Source: Balanoglossus misakiensis
Lineage: Eukaryota; Animalia; Hemichordata
DNA: 64,000 bases
Direction of reading: 5' to 3'
Assembly (NCBI GenBank): GCA_040954595.2
Contig: CM082594.2
Span: forward strand, 4,263,319 to 4,327,318
This document shows positions 13,601 through 24,248 of the stretch, piece by piece; the first letter of the stretch is position 1, and each line of letters opens with the position of its first letter. Made by a program: the position numbers and the translations under genes. The notes under the pieces were generated by a model. The model searched no databases, was not told the origin of the DNA, and was given only the letters and a program-made list of their open reading frames with translations.

Positions 13601-15591
13601 CATATAGTGTCTTCGACTGGTCCCAACACTTTCACCAAGACGCCCTCTACGGCTACTTTGGGTGAAACTCTACCATGCCCTGGTACGTGGGGCCGGCGGC
13701 GTAGACATGGTAACCTGGTTTTCATTTTTTCTTTCTGGCTATGAATCATATGTCTCTCTGAGGAAAAAAAGCTTGACATGTGGCGGACTTTGATCAAATT
13801 ATCGATTTAAATCGTCATTGTCAGTCTTGCCGAAATCTGTAATATGCTTATAAATCCCATATGACAAACCAACAGTGGATAAGGAAATTAACTGCACACT
13901 GTAAAAAAATGGTAAATTTGAAGGCTTACTTTTAAAAATGCACAAGCGGACACGCGTGTAAAAGACTGTCCGATGCCGGATAGTTGTAGCAGTGCGGGAA
14001 GGCAATCAAACACTACGACGGAATATTTGAGTTGAAGTTGATACCTTTTTTTATTTCACTTTTCTCGGCAAGAACACTCAGAGTCGTCAAAACTTCAGAG
14101 GTATCAAAAGTGAACGGTAGATTATAAGTTCAATCTATATATACACATACATTTTCTGCGGACAAAACGTGTCCAAAAACTGTGCGAAAATCGGAAATGT
14201 TCACAGGCGAACAGGAAATGTTCGACTTCCAAATTAAAGAAATACACACAAGCACCTTAGAAAAAAAGATGGAGCGCATATATTGACCAACGGACGGTCG
14301 CGCGAATGGATTGTCTTGTTATCACGACCCTATAGCTGTCCAATTGTTAGATAAAGCAAAGTTCACTCGGAGCCAATGGAATGGTAACAACCTGGATTCG
14401 TTCTTGAAAACTTTTTTTTTCACGTTACATTTCGAAAGTACGTAATTTTGTTACAAAAGTGAACATTACGATAAGAAGGTGCCGCTGGCTACATTACGTA
14501 GCGATGGCTTTCCAACGCAGAGAGATAACAAATCAGAAAGAAGAAAAAATAAAACTTGGCCGGGAGAAAGTTCCCGGATTTACAACCAGTCATGTTAGGC
14601 TACAAGATTGACGAGAGCTCCACGGGGGGAACTGAAGAATACAAGCAGTACTGATGAAAATTCTTTGTTTGCTAGCGGAACGCCTCCTGGTTCAAAAAAG
14701 TATTCGTATGTGCGGCAGCGTTATACTTGTGAACACCGGGGACGAACTCGCGGCACTATTAATAACATTCTCCTTATACAGAAATAACAGTTGCCCACCA
14801 GGGGATCTTGTGATCGTCCACAAGCGGCAGAAAAGTAAACAATAACAATAAACATACAATATATTAATTTAATAGACTGTGACAAAACTCAAATGATGTA
14901 AATATAAAGGGAACACAATTTTTCATGAAAGCTCTGAAAATGTAAATAATGACACCCAAAGTATACATTTCGCATACAGTGGACTGAATCTAGTGCGTGG
15001 TTTATACTATACGATGATGTCACAGAAATTATCTAGAAGTATAACTTTTTTTTAGAAATAAATAAATCGTTTTTATGCAAACTGAATTAATAGGTTTTAA
15101 ACTTATACCCTCTTCATGGCAGTCAATTATCTTCGAATGGTTATTCGAAATTTAAGTATTTGGTATACATGTGAAAGAATACCCAGACGCGTGGAGTAGG
15201 GACAATTTGTATAAATTTTGCATTTTTTTGTCGGTGACACGACAAGTCATGGAAAGTGTTTTTTTTTTCAGTCGTGGTTATATCAGACTGTATACCACGC
15301 ATGCACGTCGGCAGTGACGTCACAGGCATTTGATCAAAGCGCAGAAACGCCGGACACCAGGGCTGGATGACATGATTTCATTTAAATAAAATAAAAACTA
15401 TACTAAAGTCTGAACTTTGAATCTCACCGGTGTTCTCGACATTAAAGTGTTGCAACTGGAATGTAGAAGCATATCGGAATATTCCAAATCCGAATATTCC
15501 AACAGAAAGTTTTTCATCGGTTGAAATACAATATTATATTATTGTATATCATTCTTCTGGTAGAGTTTCTGTTTTTACATTGTCCGCCTGC

Positions 15592-16533
15592 TTACTGCAG
15601 AATACAGCTCTGCCGTTGTTTCCCCTGTTCAATGGCAAATTTGCCCCCTGCCTTGCGAATGATTTTGACGTCACCGGTGACCAGCAGCATCACGGAGTAA
15701 GGGTTGGTAGCGCTGTAGAAGTGGAGGTCGTACTCGTCGTAGAGCTCCCGGCCGCCGTAGACCAGGTGCTGCTCCTCGACATCGATGCCCTCGTTCTCGT
15801 AGATCTTGGCCTTGATCTCCCAGATGGTGGTGGTGGGGTTGACGGCGATCTGGTAGCTCCGCCGGCGGAGGGTCTTGATGATGATCGGGTACGAGCGGTA
15901 GGCCACGTAGATGACGGACGACGACATGATGCTGTAGTCGTACAGGGTCAGGCTGTCGTCCAGGATCTGTCCCATGTACACGAAGCAGAGCACGTCGACC
16001 GGGATGTGGACCTCCTTCTCGAAGAGCTGCTTCGTCTCCAGCACCGTGCTCAGGGGCTCCGCCTGGATCTCGGTGTCCTCCTCCTTCAGGGTGCGCAGCG
16101 TCACCGTCATCTTGCCGCACTTCTCGGCGCTGCGGTAGATGTGGATGACGGCCTCCTTCTCGATGTCGTAGTCGAGCAGCGTCTTGTCGTCCGACAGCCG
16201 CCGCCCGCGGTAGGTGAGCCGCTGGTGTTTGGGCTCGATGCCCGTGTGCTCCGTCACCATGGCTTTGAACACGTACACGTACGCATCTTCGCTGACTCGG
16301 ACGGTGAACTCTTCATCATACTGGGTTCTTATGGTGACCGGTATGACGATGTGGTGCGGCGGAGAGTGCCGACCCAAGTCGCTGCCGCTGTCAACATCGT
16401 CGTCATCGTCGCTCTTCCGGTCGGAGCCTTTCAGCACCCCGGGCGGCGGGACGATGAAGCCGTAACTTTCTTGTCTGAACATCCACCGCGGCCTCGTCGC
16501 ATAGCTGTCGTTGTTGTTCGAATCTCCTTCCAT
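15592..16533 (-). CDS. Tandem triple ubiquitin-like domain protein with C-terminal CaaX motif (313 aa, single coding exon)
   Basis: Three ubiquitin-fold repeats: GIEPKHQRLTYRGRRLSDDKTLLDYDIEKEAVIH, IPVDVLCFVYMGQILDDSLTLYDYSI, KAKIYENEGIDVEEQHLVYGGREL. Ends SCILQ*. Start chosen at GACAAAATGG (16533) because the ORF further upstream crosses a splice acceptor at 16658. Confidence 0.85.
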   Translation of the reverse strand: MEGDSNNNDSYATRPRWMFRQESYGFIVPPPGVLKGSDRKSDDDDDVDSGSDLGRHSPPHHIVIPVTIRTQYDEEFTVRVSEDAYVYVFKAMVTEHTGIEPKHQRLTYRGRRLSDDKTLLDYDIEKEAVIHIYRSAEKCGKMTVTLRTLKEEDTEIQAEPLSTVLETKQLFEKEVHIPVDVLCFVYMGQILDDSLTLYDYSIMSSSVIYVAYRSYPIIIKTLRRRSYQIAVNPTTTIWEIKAKIYENEGIDVEEQHLVYGGRELYDEYDLHFYSATNPYSVMLLVTGDVKIIRKAGGKFAIEQGKQRQSCILQ

Positions 16534-16987
16534 TTTGTCCGCCAGCTTGACAGTTGTCCTCGGCAGGTGAGAAGGGTTGATTCTCGGGAGCTGGCGATCT
16601 GTCACTTTGCGGTTAACGCGGGCGAAGCGGGGACTTTGGTCCTCAGCAGATGAGTACCTGCAAATGACATAAATCGAAAAAAGGGTTAATGAGTATATAA
16701 AAATGAGCAGCTGCGAATCCCAGGTCGGCAGACGTGAAGAACAGAGCGGTTTCAACTTCCCAAAGATTCCAGATTGTTCCCGATGAAATTCGCTTCTAAC
16801 TGTCCACTTACATCAAATCTGTTTCTTTTGGGACTAATTTCCGATTACATTAGTGGTTTGCTTCGATGCTGCAGTGAAAGTCCAAGCAGACAGGGTAAGT
16901 AAGTCGATTCGTACCACGCCAAATTTGGGACAGTGCATCAAAGATAACCCTTGCAGTATGCGACAATGTGCGCGTATCCAGGCCTAC

Positions 16988-17057
16988 CATAGGAGATGTT
17001 CGCACGCAGGGGTTACAGGTACTCACTGAATGGAGGACGAGTCGTTCGGTTATATAT
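16988..17057 (-). promoter_or_regulatory. TATA + Inr core promoter and short first exon of the tri-UBL gene
   Basis: Minus strand TATATAA (17056-17050) lies 29 nt upstream of the A of an Inr-like TCAGT (17027). Donor ATG|GTAGG at 16988/16987 and acceptor TTTGCAG|G at 16658/16657. Confidence 0.55.
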
Positions 17058-18790
17058 TAGCCTACACGAACCCAAAGTGATTGAAACCCAGTGGGGTCCG
17101 CCCACCCCTGTTTGTCAAATGAAAGAGCCCCCTGCTCCTCACGTGAGCAGCTCTTCAAAGTACACAGTGCAGTGCAGCCTCTGAACAAACACAGTGTATA
17201 CGTGTGAGATCCTCCACCTATGATGGGGGGTGTCCCTGACAACCTTGCTATTCGGAACGATGTTATCGACACATGGAGGGGAAAGAATCAAACAATGTTC
17301 ACCACTATTAATTTGGTTTCACCGCGTGGTTTTAAAGGTCCACGAGCTACTTCTTTTGACAATTTTTCACTAGTTTACTTTTAAATTAAAATGAGATGTA
17401 TTTACCGAGGGATGTGCGTGCAACTGTTTTCACAATCAACTGTGACATCAAAAGGTTGAACAAGATTAATTTATGGGTGTCCAGTCAAATATGGCCGCAT
17501 CCGCGCAAAGACATGACATTGTGTCCTCTCCACGGAACGCATATGACTGATTTACGAATACGATCGTACCAACAAATAGGCGCGTTACTGTCAGCAGAGC
17601 AGTAAACTCATCCCTGGTCGATTTTGATGACAACTTGAAAAACATGATAAAGGCCTGATAACAGTTTTGGCGGTAAATCCTTCACCAGATATCGATATCG
17701 CTTTGCAAACAAATTGTCAAATAATTTCGAATTATGACGCTTATCAATCAACGCTTACTTGTCATAAATTCAAAGTATGACGGACTGATGAGCAGATAAC
17801 CAAATAATACTGACTTTTGGCTTTTTATTATTATGTTGACCCTTTTCATGACCCTTGCACGACCTTACATCCTGCTATTTCCGGTGGAAATTCATCATTT
17901 TCCATGAAAGAAACGCGGCCAAGTTTCGTCCGAAAACAGGTAACGGTGGTAATTAAGCATAGAAGTTGACTACAGCGTTTTTGAAGAGTTTTTAAAACCA
18001 AAAAGATGGCTAATTATGGACATTTGCTCTTGAAGCAGGCGACTTGATATACATTTATTAAAATATCGACAGTCTTTAATGTTTTGTAGAGGGGGAGTCC
18101 CCCTGGATTGAGTTTAGTTGACTCAACTCGCTTAATATGTACTTGCGATGAAGACAAGTTTTTTAGCATCTGATGTCTGATCTTACTTTCACGTGTCCAT
18201 AGAAGAAAAAATAAAACGGCAAATTCCGTCATTTCAGGAGAATGTTCCAGAAATTTTATAGTTCAGGTTGTACGTACAGTAAAGCACGCACGACTCTCAG
18301 ACTTTGTTCCCAGGTAATGATGACAATGGCCTACAATGACTCATTTCCATCGGTCAGATTTCGGGCAAAGATCTGCGTAGATCATCAAAGTCAAATTTAG
18401 ACTGGCATTGTCTTTATCAGATTGTCGTGTTCCAATCACAACATGCAATTCACAATAATACCGGATGATGTTACTTGAAACGGTAAACTGGAAATTCTAC
18501 ATAAAAAGCAATGGAATGTAATAACCATGCGTACGCATAACCCTGGGTATTCCCCCTACCTCTGATCAACAATAATGACGTTGACTGCCTGTACGTGCTG
18601 TGTTCAATTTTGGTAAACCTAAATACTTGCTTCATCCTGCTTTGGGCATAAAAATACTGAATTGCAAGATGGAAATTTCAAATGGCGTTATTTATCCCGT
18701 CTTGAACTGTATTTAAATGTCCTGTGATGAAAGGCGCAAACGGTTTTCTAGGATTTCACAAAACAAAAGCCGACGATCCGGACGAGGAGC

Positions 18791-18968
18791 AGAGGAAATG
18801 TATTGCTTCTAAGAAGTTCACACCGCATTGACCTTGGAATCGGTAAAAAAAACAAGTGCATCACACGAGTGAAACACCGGTAAAACATGAAGAGGAAATT
18901 TATTGCTTCTAAGAATTGATGTTCACACCGCATTGACCTTGGAAGCGGGAGAAAAACACTTGCATCAC
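18791..18968. repeat. Tandem duplication, 100-bp period
   Basis: AGAGGAAAT.TATTGCTTCTAAGAA...GTTCACACCGCATTGACCTTGGAA...TGCATCACA occurs at 18791 and 18891. Confidence 0.85.
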
Positions 18969-21900
18969 AAACCACTATCACCGCACCATCATCATGCATC
19001 TTCATCAATACAATGCTTCGATCGATAAGATCGACCGATTAGTTAGTCAATTTCCTTCGCATCAATAGACGTGTTTGCGACATCACAAAATTGATCACTG
19101 GAAAATAGACAAGCGAAGCAGATAACTGCAAACGGTAAACAGACAACAACTCTTGATCACCGATTACCGTTATCTGGGCTCAGCAGATAATATTGGTTTA
19201 TGACCGATAGCGTTCAATTCCTCCAAGGTCAGTCCAAATTCTCCAGCATGCAACCAGGCAACTTACACTCGTCGACAACTTTTGCCTTGTCCGACGGTAA
19301 TTAATCAAGTTCAAACGACCGTCTTTCTGCAACCGGATTACTCATATCGCTATTAATAAATTCTGATTTATAGTACTTTGTTTTCAACACCTGCATGCCT
19401 TTCATACTCCTCCCAGAAACCGTTCCGACCTTGGCCCCATTTTTTCCACGTATTGTTCTGAGAGATCACGATATAGTCTCCAGATCTGTGACTAGTCAGC
19501 GAATAAAGGGAAAACAGTATATTTGACTGATACTTGAGAAGAACTTTTAGTCGAGTATCTACGATTTGACCCACTTTCACCAGAGGGCCTTTTGTACGTA
19601 CAAGCCAATCCGGCGTGTTCTGCAGGATGTACCCACGTGGACATCGCAAAACTTCTGAAGAACTACGTAGTCCTCCAAAACTTTTCTCTTGCTATAATGC
19701 GCCTCGAAAATCAGTCTTAAACCTTTTCTCATATTTTGCTCAAGACAACTTTAGAGTGTTTCCTCTTGAATTTGCGAATCAAACTTTGTGTCACCGCGCA
19801 AAATTTCGAATGACAGAGCAAAATTGTAAAGTTTCACATGATACCGACTGATCAAGAATGAAAGACAATACTTTTTCCAACTCAACTGCAGATTGTGGCA
19901 GTCGCAACCAGCAGCCCTTACAGCATTTGCACGTAATTGTCGCATCGGTTCCACGAATTTCAAGACAAAGACTTTTATGCTAATGTAAACATCTGGTCTT
20001 GGATTTGCAACAAAGGGTGGTGGTGTTAAATTTAAACTGGAATTTCATAGTTGACGTGTGTGTACTCTTTGTTTTCCACCAATAAAAAGCAATTTATAAT
20101 GTTGTCAATCACACTCGTTTCGGGAAAAAGGAAGCGTTAAAATATGTTTGCATTGGCCAATCCGGTCCAAACATACAAGATATAAAAGTCATGCTTTGCG
20201 CTGACTATATATCCAGGACAGACACCGAACGGTACACACTCCTTCGCCTGGCGATGACGAAATACAAACATGAACACAAGTCGTAAAATGACATTTCCAA
20301 AGTCGGAAATGAAACAAACACAGCCAAGGTTTTGACTTGGATCTGCTCTGTTGACGGATTCTCAATGATATTAGGTATATAAGCTAAACATTTACCAGTT
20401 TGCGCTGAGCTGACAGTGTACTTAGGTGAGTCGGTATTATGTCAGCGGCAAGACTTTGAAGTCTTGGTTTTCTGTCTGACGCCACATGCGCCACGGACAC
20501 TCCAAGCCTTCGCGCTCGCAAGCCCAAAACAAATATCGTAAATAGTTCAACCGTTCGCTAAAGTGTATTTATACACTGCCTCCCACAAATTACCGCTCGT
20601 TTGCGAGGTGCGAACCGCACAAACCTTGACTCCGAGACCTGTTAGCACGTGCGGTCCAAAAATAGGACACCGTTCTGTACAATAATACACGCACATGGTA
20701 ATAAACCGACAATATACCATCCACTCAAAGCCGAATTATATCTTACCTGCGATAAACCAAGTCGGAAGTTTTTCAAAATCACCACAGAGCGCATTCTACG
20801 TGGGCGACGACACACACCAGCCACGACCACAACCACTGTCGAGACTTTGGAGCTTGGGCGATGCGTCTTTGTTTAGTATTATCATGTATGTTGTGCCGTA
20901 AATACCTTTTTATGGACGCCCTAGTTCGAACCGGATTGGTGCACGCGCACTTATCGTAACCAATAAAATAAAAATAACCCAACCAAAAGAATGCAAACAG
21001 ATACATATTAATATTCATAAGTCATGGTCGCATTTCTTTCGTAGTGCATCTCTTTGGTATTAATAAAATCGGAATATTTTTGCGATATTTTTTAATCGAT
21101 AAGTTAAAGGTCCTTGTCCATTACAGGTGCAATATATTTCTTTTGTGTCAGTCACAGATGTTCTGTTGCAATGACAAGAAATCCCACCGAGCATTGCGGC
21201 CTCACTATTTGACCTTTATACACCCATTGATTCGGACCCATTCATTTGTTGTGTGTCCGCATGTCCGTGTGTCAAAGCAGATGACAGATGGAACGTTTCA
21301 TGCGTATTTGTGGTCAAAGTACTGATGATTTAACCAGGCAATGAATTCGACCACTTGTTATAAAAGTTATCATTCACCAGTGGAAGAAAACAAAGAATTC
21401 TTTTGATTTGTTTTTGATTTAAAAAAGCAACAGAGACGATGAAGAATTTCAGACATCAGTGACATTTTTTTTACAATAACCGGACGCTTAGTATTTGCAA
21501 TGAGGTACAAGGAAACACGTAAGAGTTTTTATGTCAGATTTATTCACTTGGCAACTAACGAACAGCAAAATATCACAGTTCAAGCACTTGATATTTAGGG
21601 GAGCTAAGAGTCAATAGCAAAAGAATTCAGAAAATGCGATGTGGTATTTCAATGAGAAATACGTGGAAACATTATAATGTCAGAAGTCAGACAAAAACTA
21701 GAAGCGGCAATTCTGACTTGAAGGAATATTTTAAAATTGTGTATGATAGTCAATACTACGAAAAAAAGTGCTTGTTCTCGACAGAGGTGTCTTGCCGACG
21801 GAAAAAATGATATCGGAAAGCGATTCTGTCTTTCAATCTATCAGGCCAAGTATGGACTCCAACAAATCTACCAAGACGATTTGATGAGAGAGGGATACAC

Positions 21901-22068
21901 GGGGCTAATTATATTATAATTCCGTCTGTAGCTAGAAACGAATTCTTTTGGTTGCATGGGTCTGGCATTTGTTATGAATGACGCCCTCTAGAGTTCATAA
22001 AGTGACGCTGTCGCCATGTGATGGCGCTCCATTGTTCTGTTTTTCCATGTGGCGTAACAACCATTGTG

Positions 22069-22134
22069 ATTGGATAACATTTTTAAAAGCCCGCATATGA
22101 TTGGCTGGAATCTTCGATACCCACCACATTCAAA
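22069..22134 (+). promoter_or_regulatory. G2/M-type promoter: two inverted CCAAT boxes plus a CHR-like element
   Basis: ATTGG at 22069 and 22100 (31-bp spacing). TTCAAA (reverse CHR, TTTGAA) at 22129-22134, ~105 bp before the UBE2C ATG. Confidence 0.55.
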
Positions 22135-22239
22135 ATACCGAAGTGAATGTTTAGAAACAGATTCACGTTGTGTGATCGCCGTTTCCTTCGCCACTCTAAG
22201 TCATTTACAGAAAGAAATACCTTAAAGTTTATTTTCATT

Positions 22240-24248
22240 ATGTCGTCACAAAATGTTGATCCTCTGCAATCAGCCACACGTCATAAGGCAGCCGGAGCGA
22301 CGGGACCAGAGAAGAAAGACGCACATTCTGTAAGCAAAAGGTAAGCGGTTGAGTTCTCCGAAATCTTTGAGTACAGCCACTGGCCACAGCTAGCAAACTT
22401 TAAATCATCTCAGGTCAATGACACGAACTTCAAAGAAACTTAATTTAAACCTGGGAAATCTTTTCGTCTTTTAAGACGTGTATAAGTTTGAGTAACCGGG
22501 CGAAGACACCGTTGACCTTCCCCGATTACTTGTTGTGGGACTGTCTTTGTTGGCCTCCCAAATCATTTCCGGTAGCGAAACGTACATTCTTGCCATTACA
22601 TGCGTTTCCTAGCAGGTTCAACAAATCGCAGGGATAGGTGACACCGTGTAGTGGTGAAGTATTCAATATGATGTGTTGGTTTTTAACACTTTATCAATGT
22701 GTCCTTAATTAAGTTATTGCATTCTGTCTCTTTTTGAACTTCTTCCATTTTAGGTTGCAACAAGAACTCATGAATCTGATGGTAAGTTGGTGATGTCACT
22801 GTTCACAATATCAAATGTACTCCAGTATCCATGGGGATGTGAAGAGTTACATTTTTCTCACAGCTTTATGCTTAGACTTTTACTTTATCAATGCCTGAAT
22901 TACATGCAAGTAGTGTGGAAGTACATGTACATTGTACATGTATTACTAAATCTGGTTAATGCTTTCTGGTTTACAGCACTTGAAATCAATGGCTAGGTTG
23001 AATACTATAGACACATATGCTGCATCAGTATTATAACACTTAAGGGCTGTGTAAATGCAAAATAAAGTACTTCACTACTCTATTTCGTTGGCAGTCGCAG
23101 GTTTCAGTCGCAGTTTCTGAATGTTGATTTTAATAGTGAAGTACTCGCTGTCTCTGGTTATTTTCAGATGGCAGGCAGTAAGGGTATATCTGCTTTTCCA
23201 GACGGGGACAACATATTCAAGTGGATTGGAACTATTCAAGGGGCAGAAGGCACAGTAAGTATATATGGCTTTGGCATTATCGCTGCCCCATCCCACATGA
23301 ATACACAGCTATATCTTTGTATGTAGAGTCTACACACGCAGATAGAGCTATGTGTATATAAGACTACCTTGTCTGTGAAGTAGCCTTGCTGATGATGGCC
23401 TAGACTTGAATCCGTCTCACATTTTCATGAATTTCAGGTGACCATGATCATTTGTATTTGACGTAAATCTCAAGACTAATTTATTATGTTTTCTGACATA
23501 AATTATTTCAGCATACATACTTTTTTTGAAAGCAAAACTTCCATACAAAAATTCACTAAAGCCTGCACCTCTTTTTTACCCCACAGGCGTATGAAGGCTT
23601 GCACTACAAACTGTCACTAGACTTTCCCAGCAATTACCCGTACTCGGCACCTGTGGTCAAATTTACAACACCTTGTTACCATCCCAACGTGGACCAGTAC
23701 GGAAACATTTGCCTGGACATTTTAAAAGAAAAATGGTCGGCGCTGTACGACGTGCGCACGATTTTACTCTCCATTCAAAGTCTTCTTGCAGGTAGGTTCG
23801 GAAGTAGTAACCTTGTCACTGAAAAGGTTATGACTTCCTTGTCAGCTGCTGTTCATTTTGAAAAAAGCAAAATCTTCACCAAAAAGGCATGACGTGGCTA
23901 TCCTTGCAAACTAAATGTTTGATAAAATTTCCACCAACTTAATGCAATCTGATAACATATGGGCCAAAATCTGAATTTCTGAACTGAAAATCAAGGACAG
24001 CTAACACACTTTTTCTACCCATGTCAAAGCCACACTGATATGAAAATTGGATAATAGCCAGACAACACATATCTGTGAGTACCCAACCCCCATCTCAGTA
24101 TTAACCATTGACATTTATTTTTCTCTCCTCAGAACCAAATAACGACAGTCCTCTGAACGTCAATGCAGCAGAACTTTGGGGAAACCAGACAGCGTACAAG
24201 AAATACCTCCATGAGAAATATGCCAAAGATGTTACGAAGAAAAATTGA
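22240..24248 (+). CDS. UBE2C: Ubiquitin-conjugating enzyme E2 C (178 aa; exons 22240-22340, 22754-22781, 23168-23254, 23587-23791, 24133-24248)
   Basis: Spliced protein MSSQNVDP...[34 protein letters not shown]...[50 protein letters not shown]. This matches the UBE2C N-terminal QNxDP motif, HPN and catalytic Cys. All introns GT-AG and in frame. AATAAA at 25228. Confidence 0.96.

Noticed and set aside
15430-16653. 407-aa plus-strand ORF (and 149-aa alternative-frame ORF)
   Set aside because: Antisense or alternate-frame shadow of the GC3-rich tri-UBL CDS, with no recognisable domain.
16534-16755. N-terminal extension of the UBL ORF in the track
   Set aside because: Non-ATG start, and it crosses a good splice acceptor at 16658. 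The first ATG in strong context is 16533.
17300-21900. Short ORFs and splice-like signals between the tri-UBL gene and UBE2C
   Set aside because: No coherent exon chain or recognisable protein.
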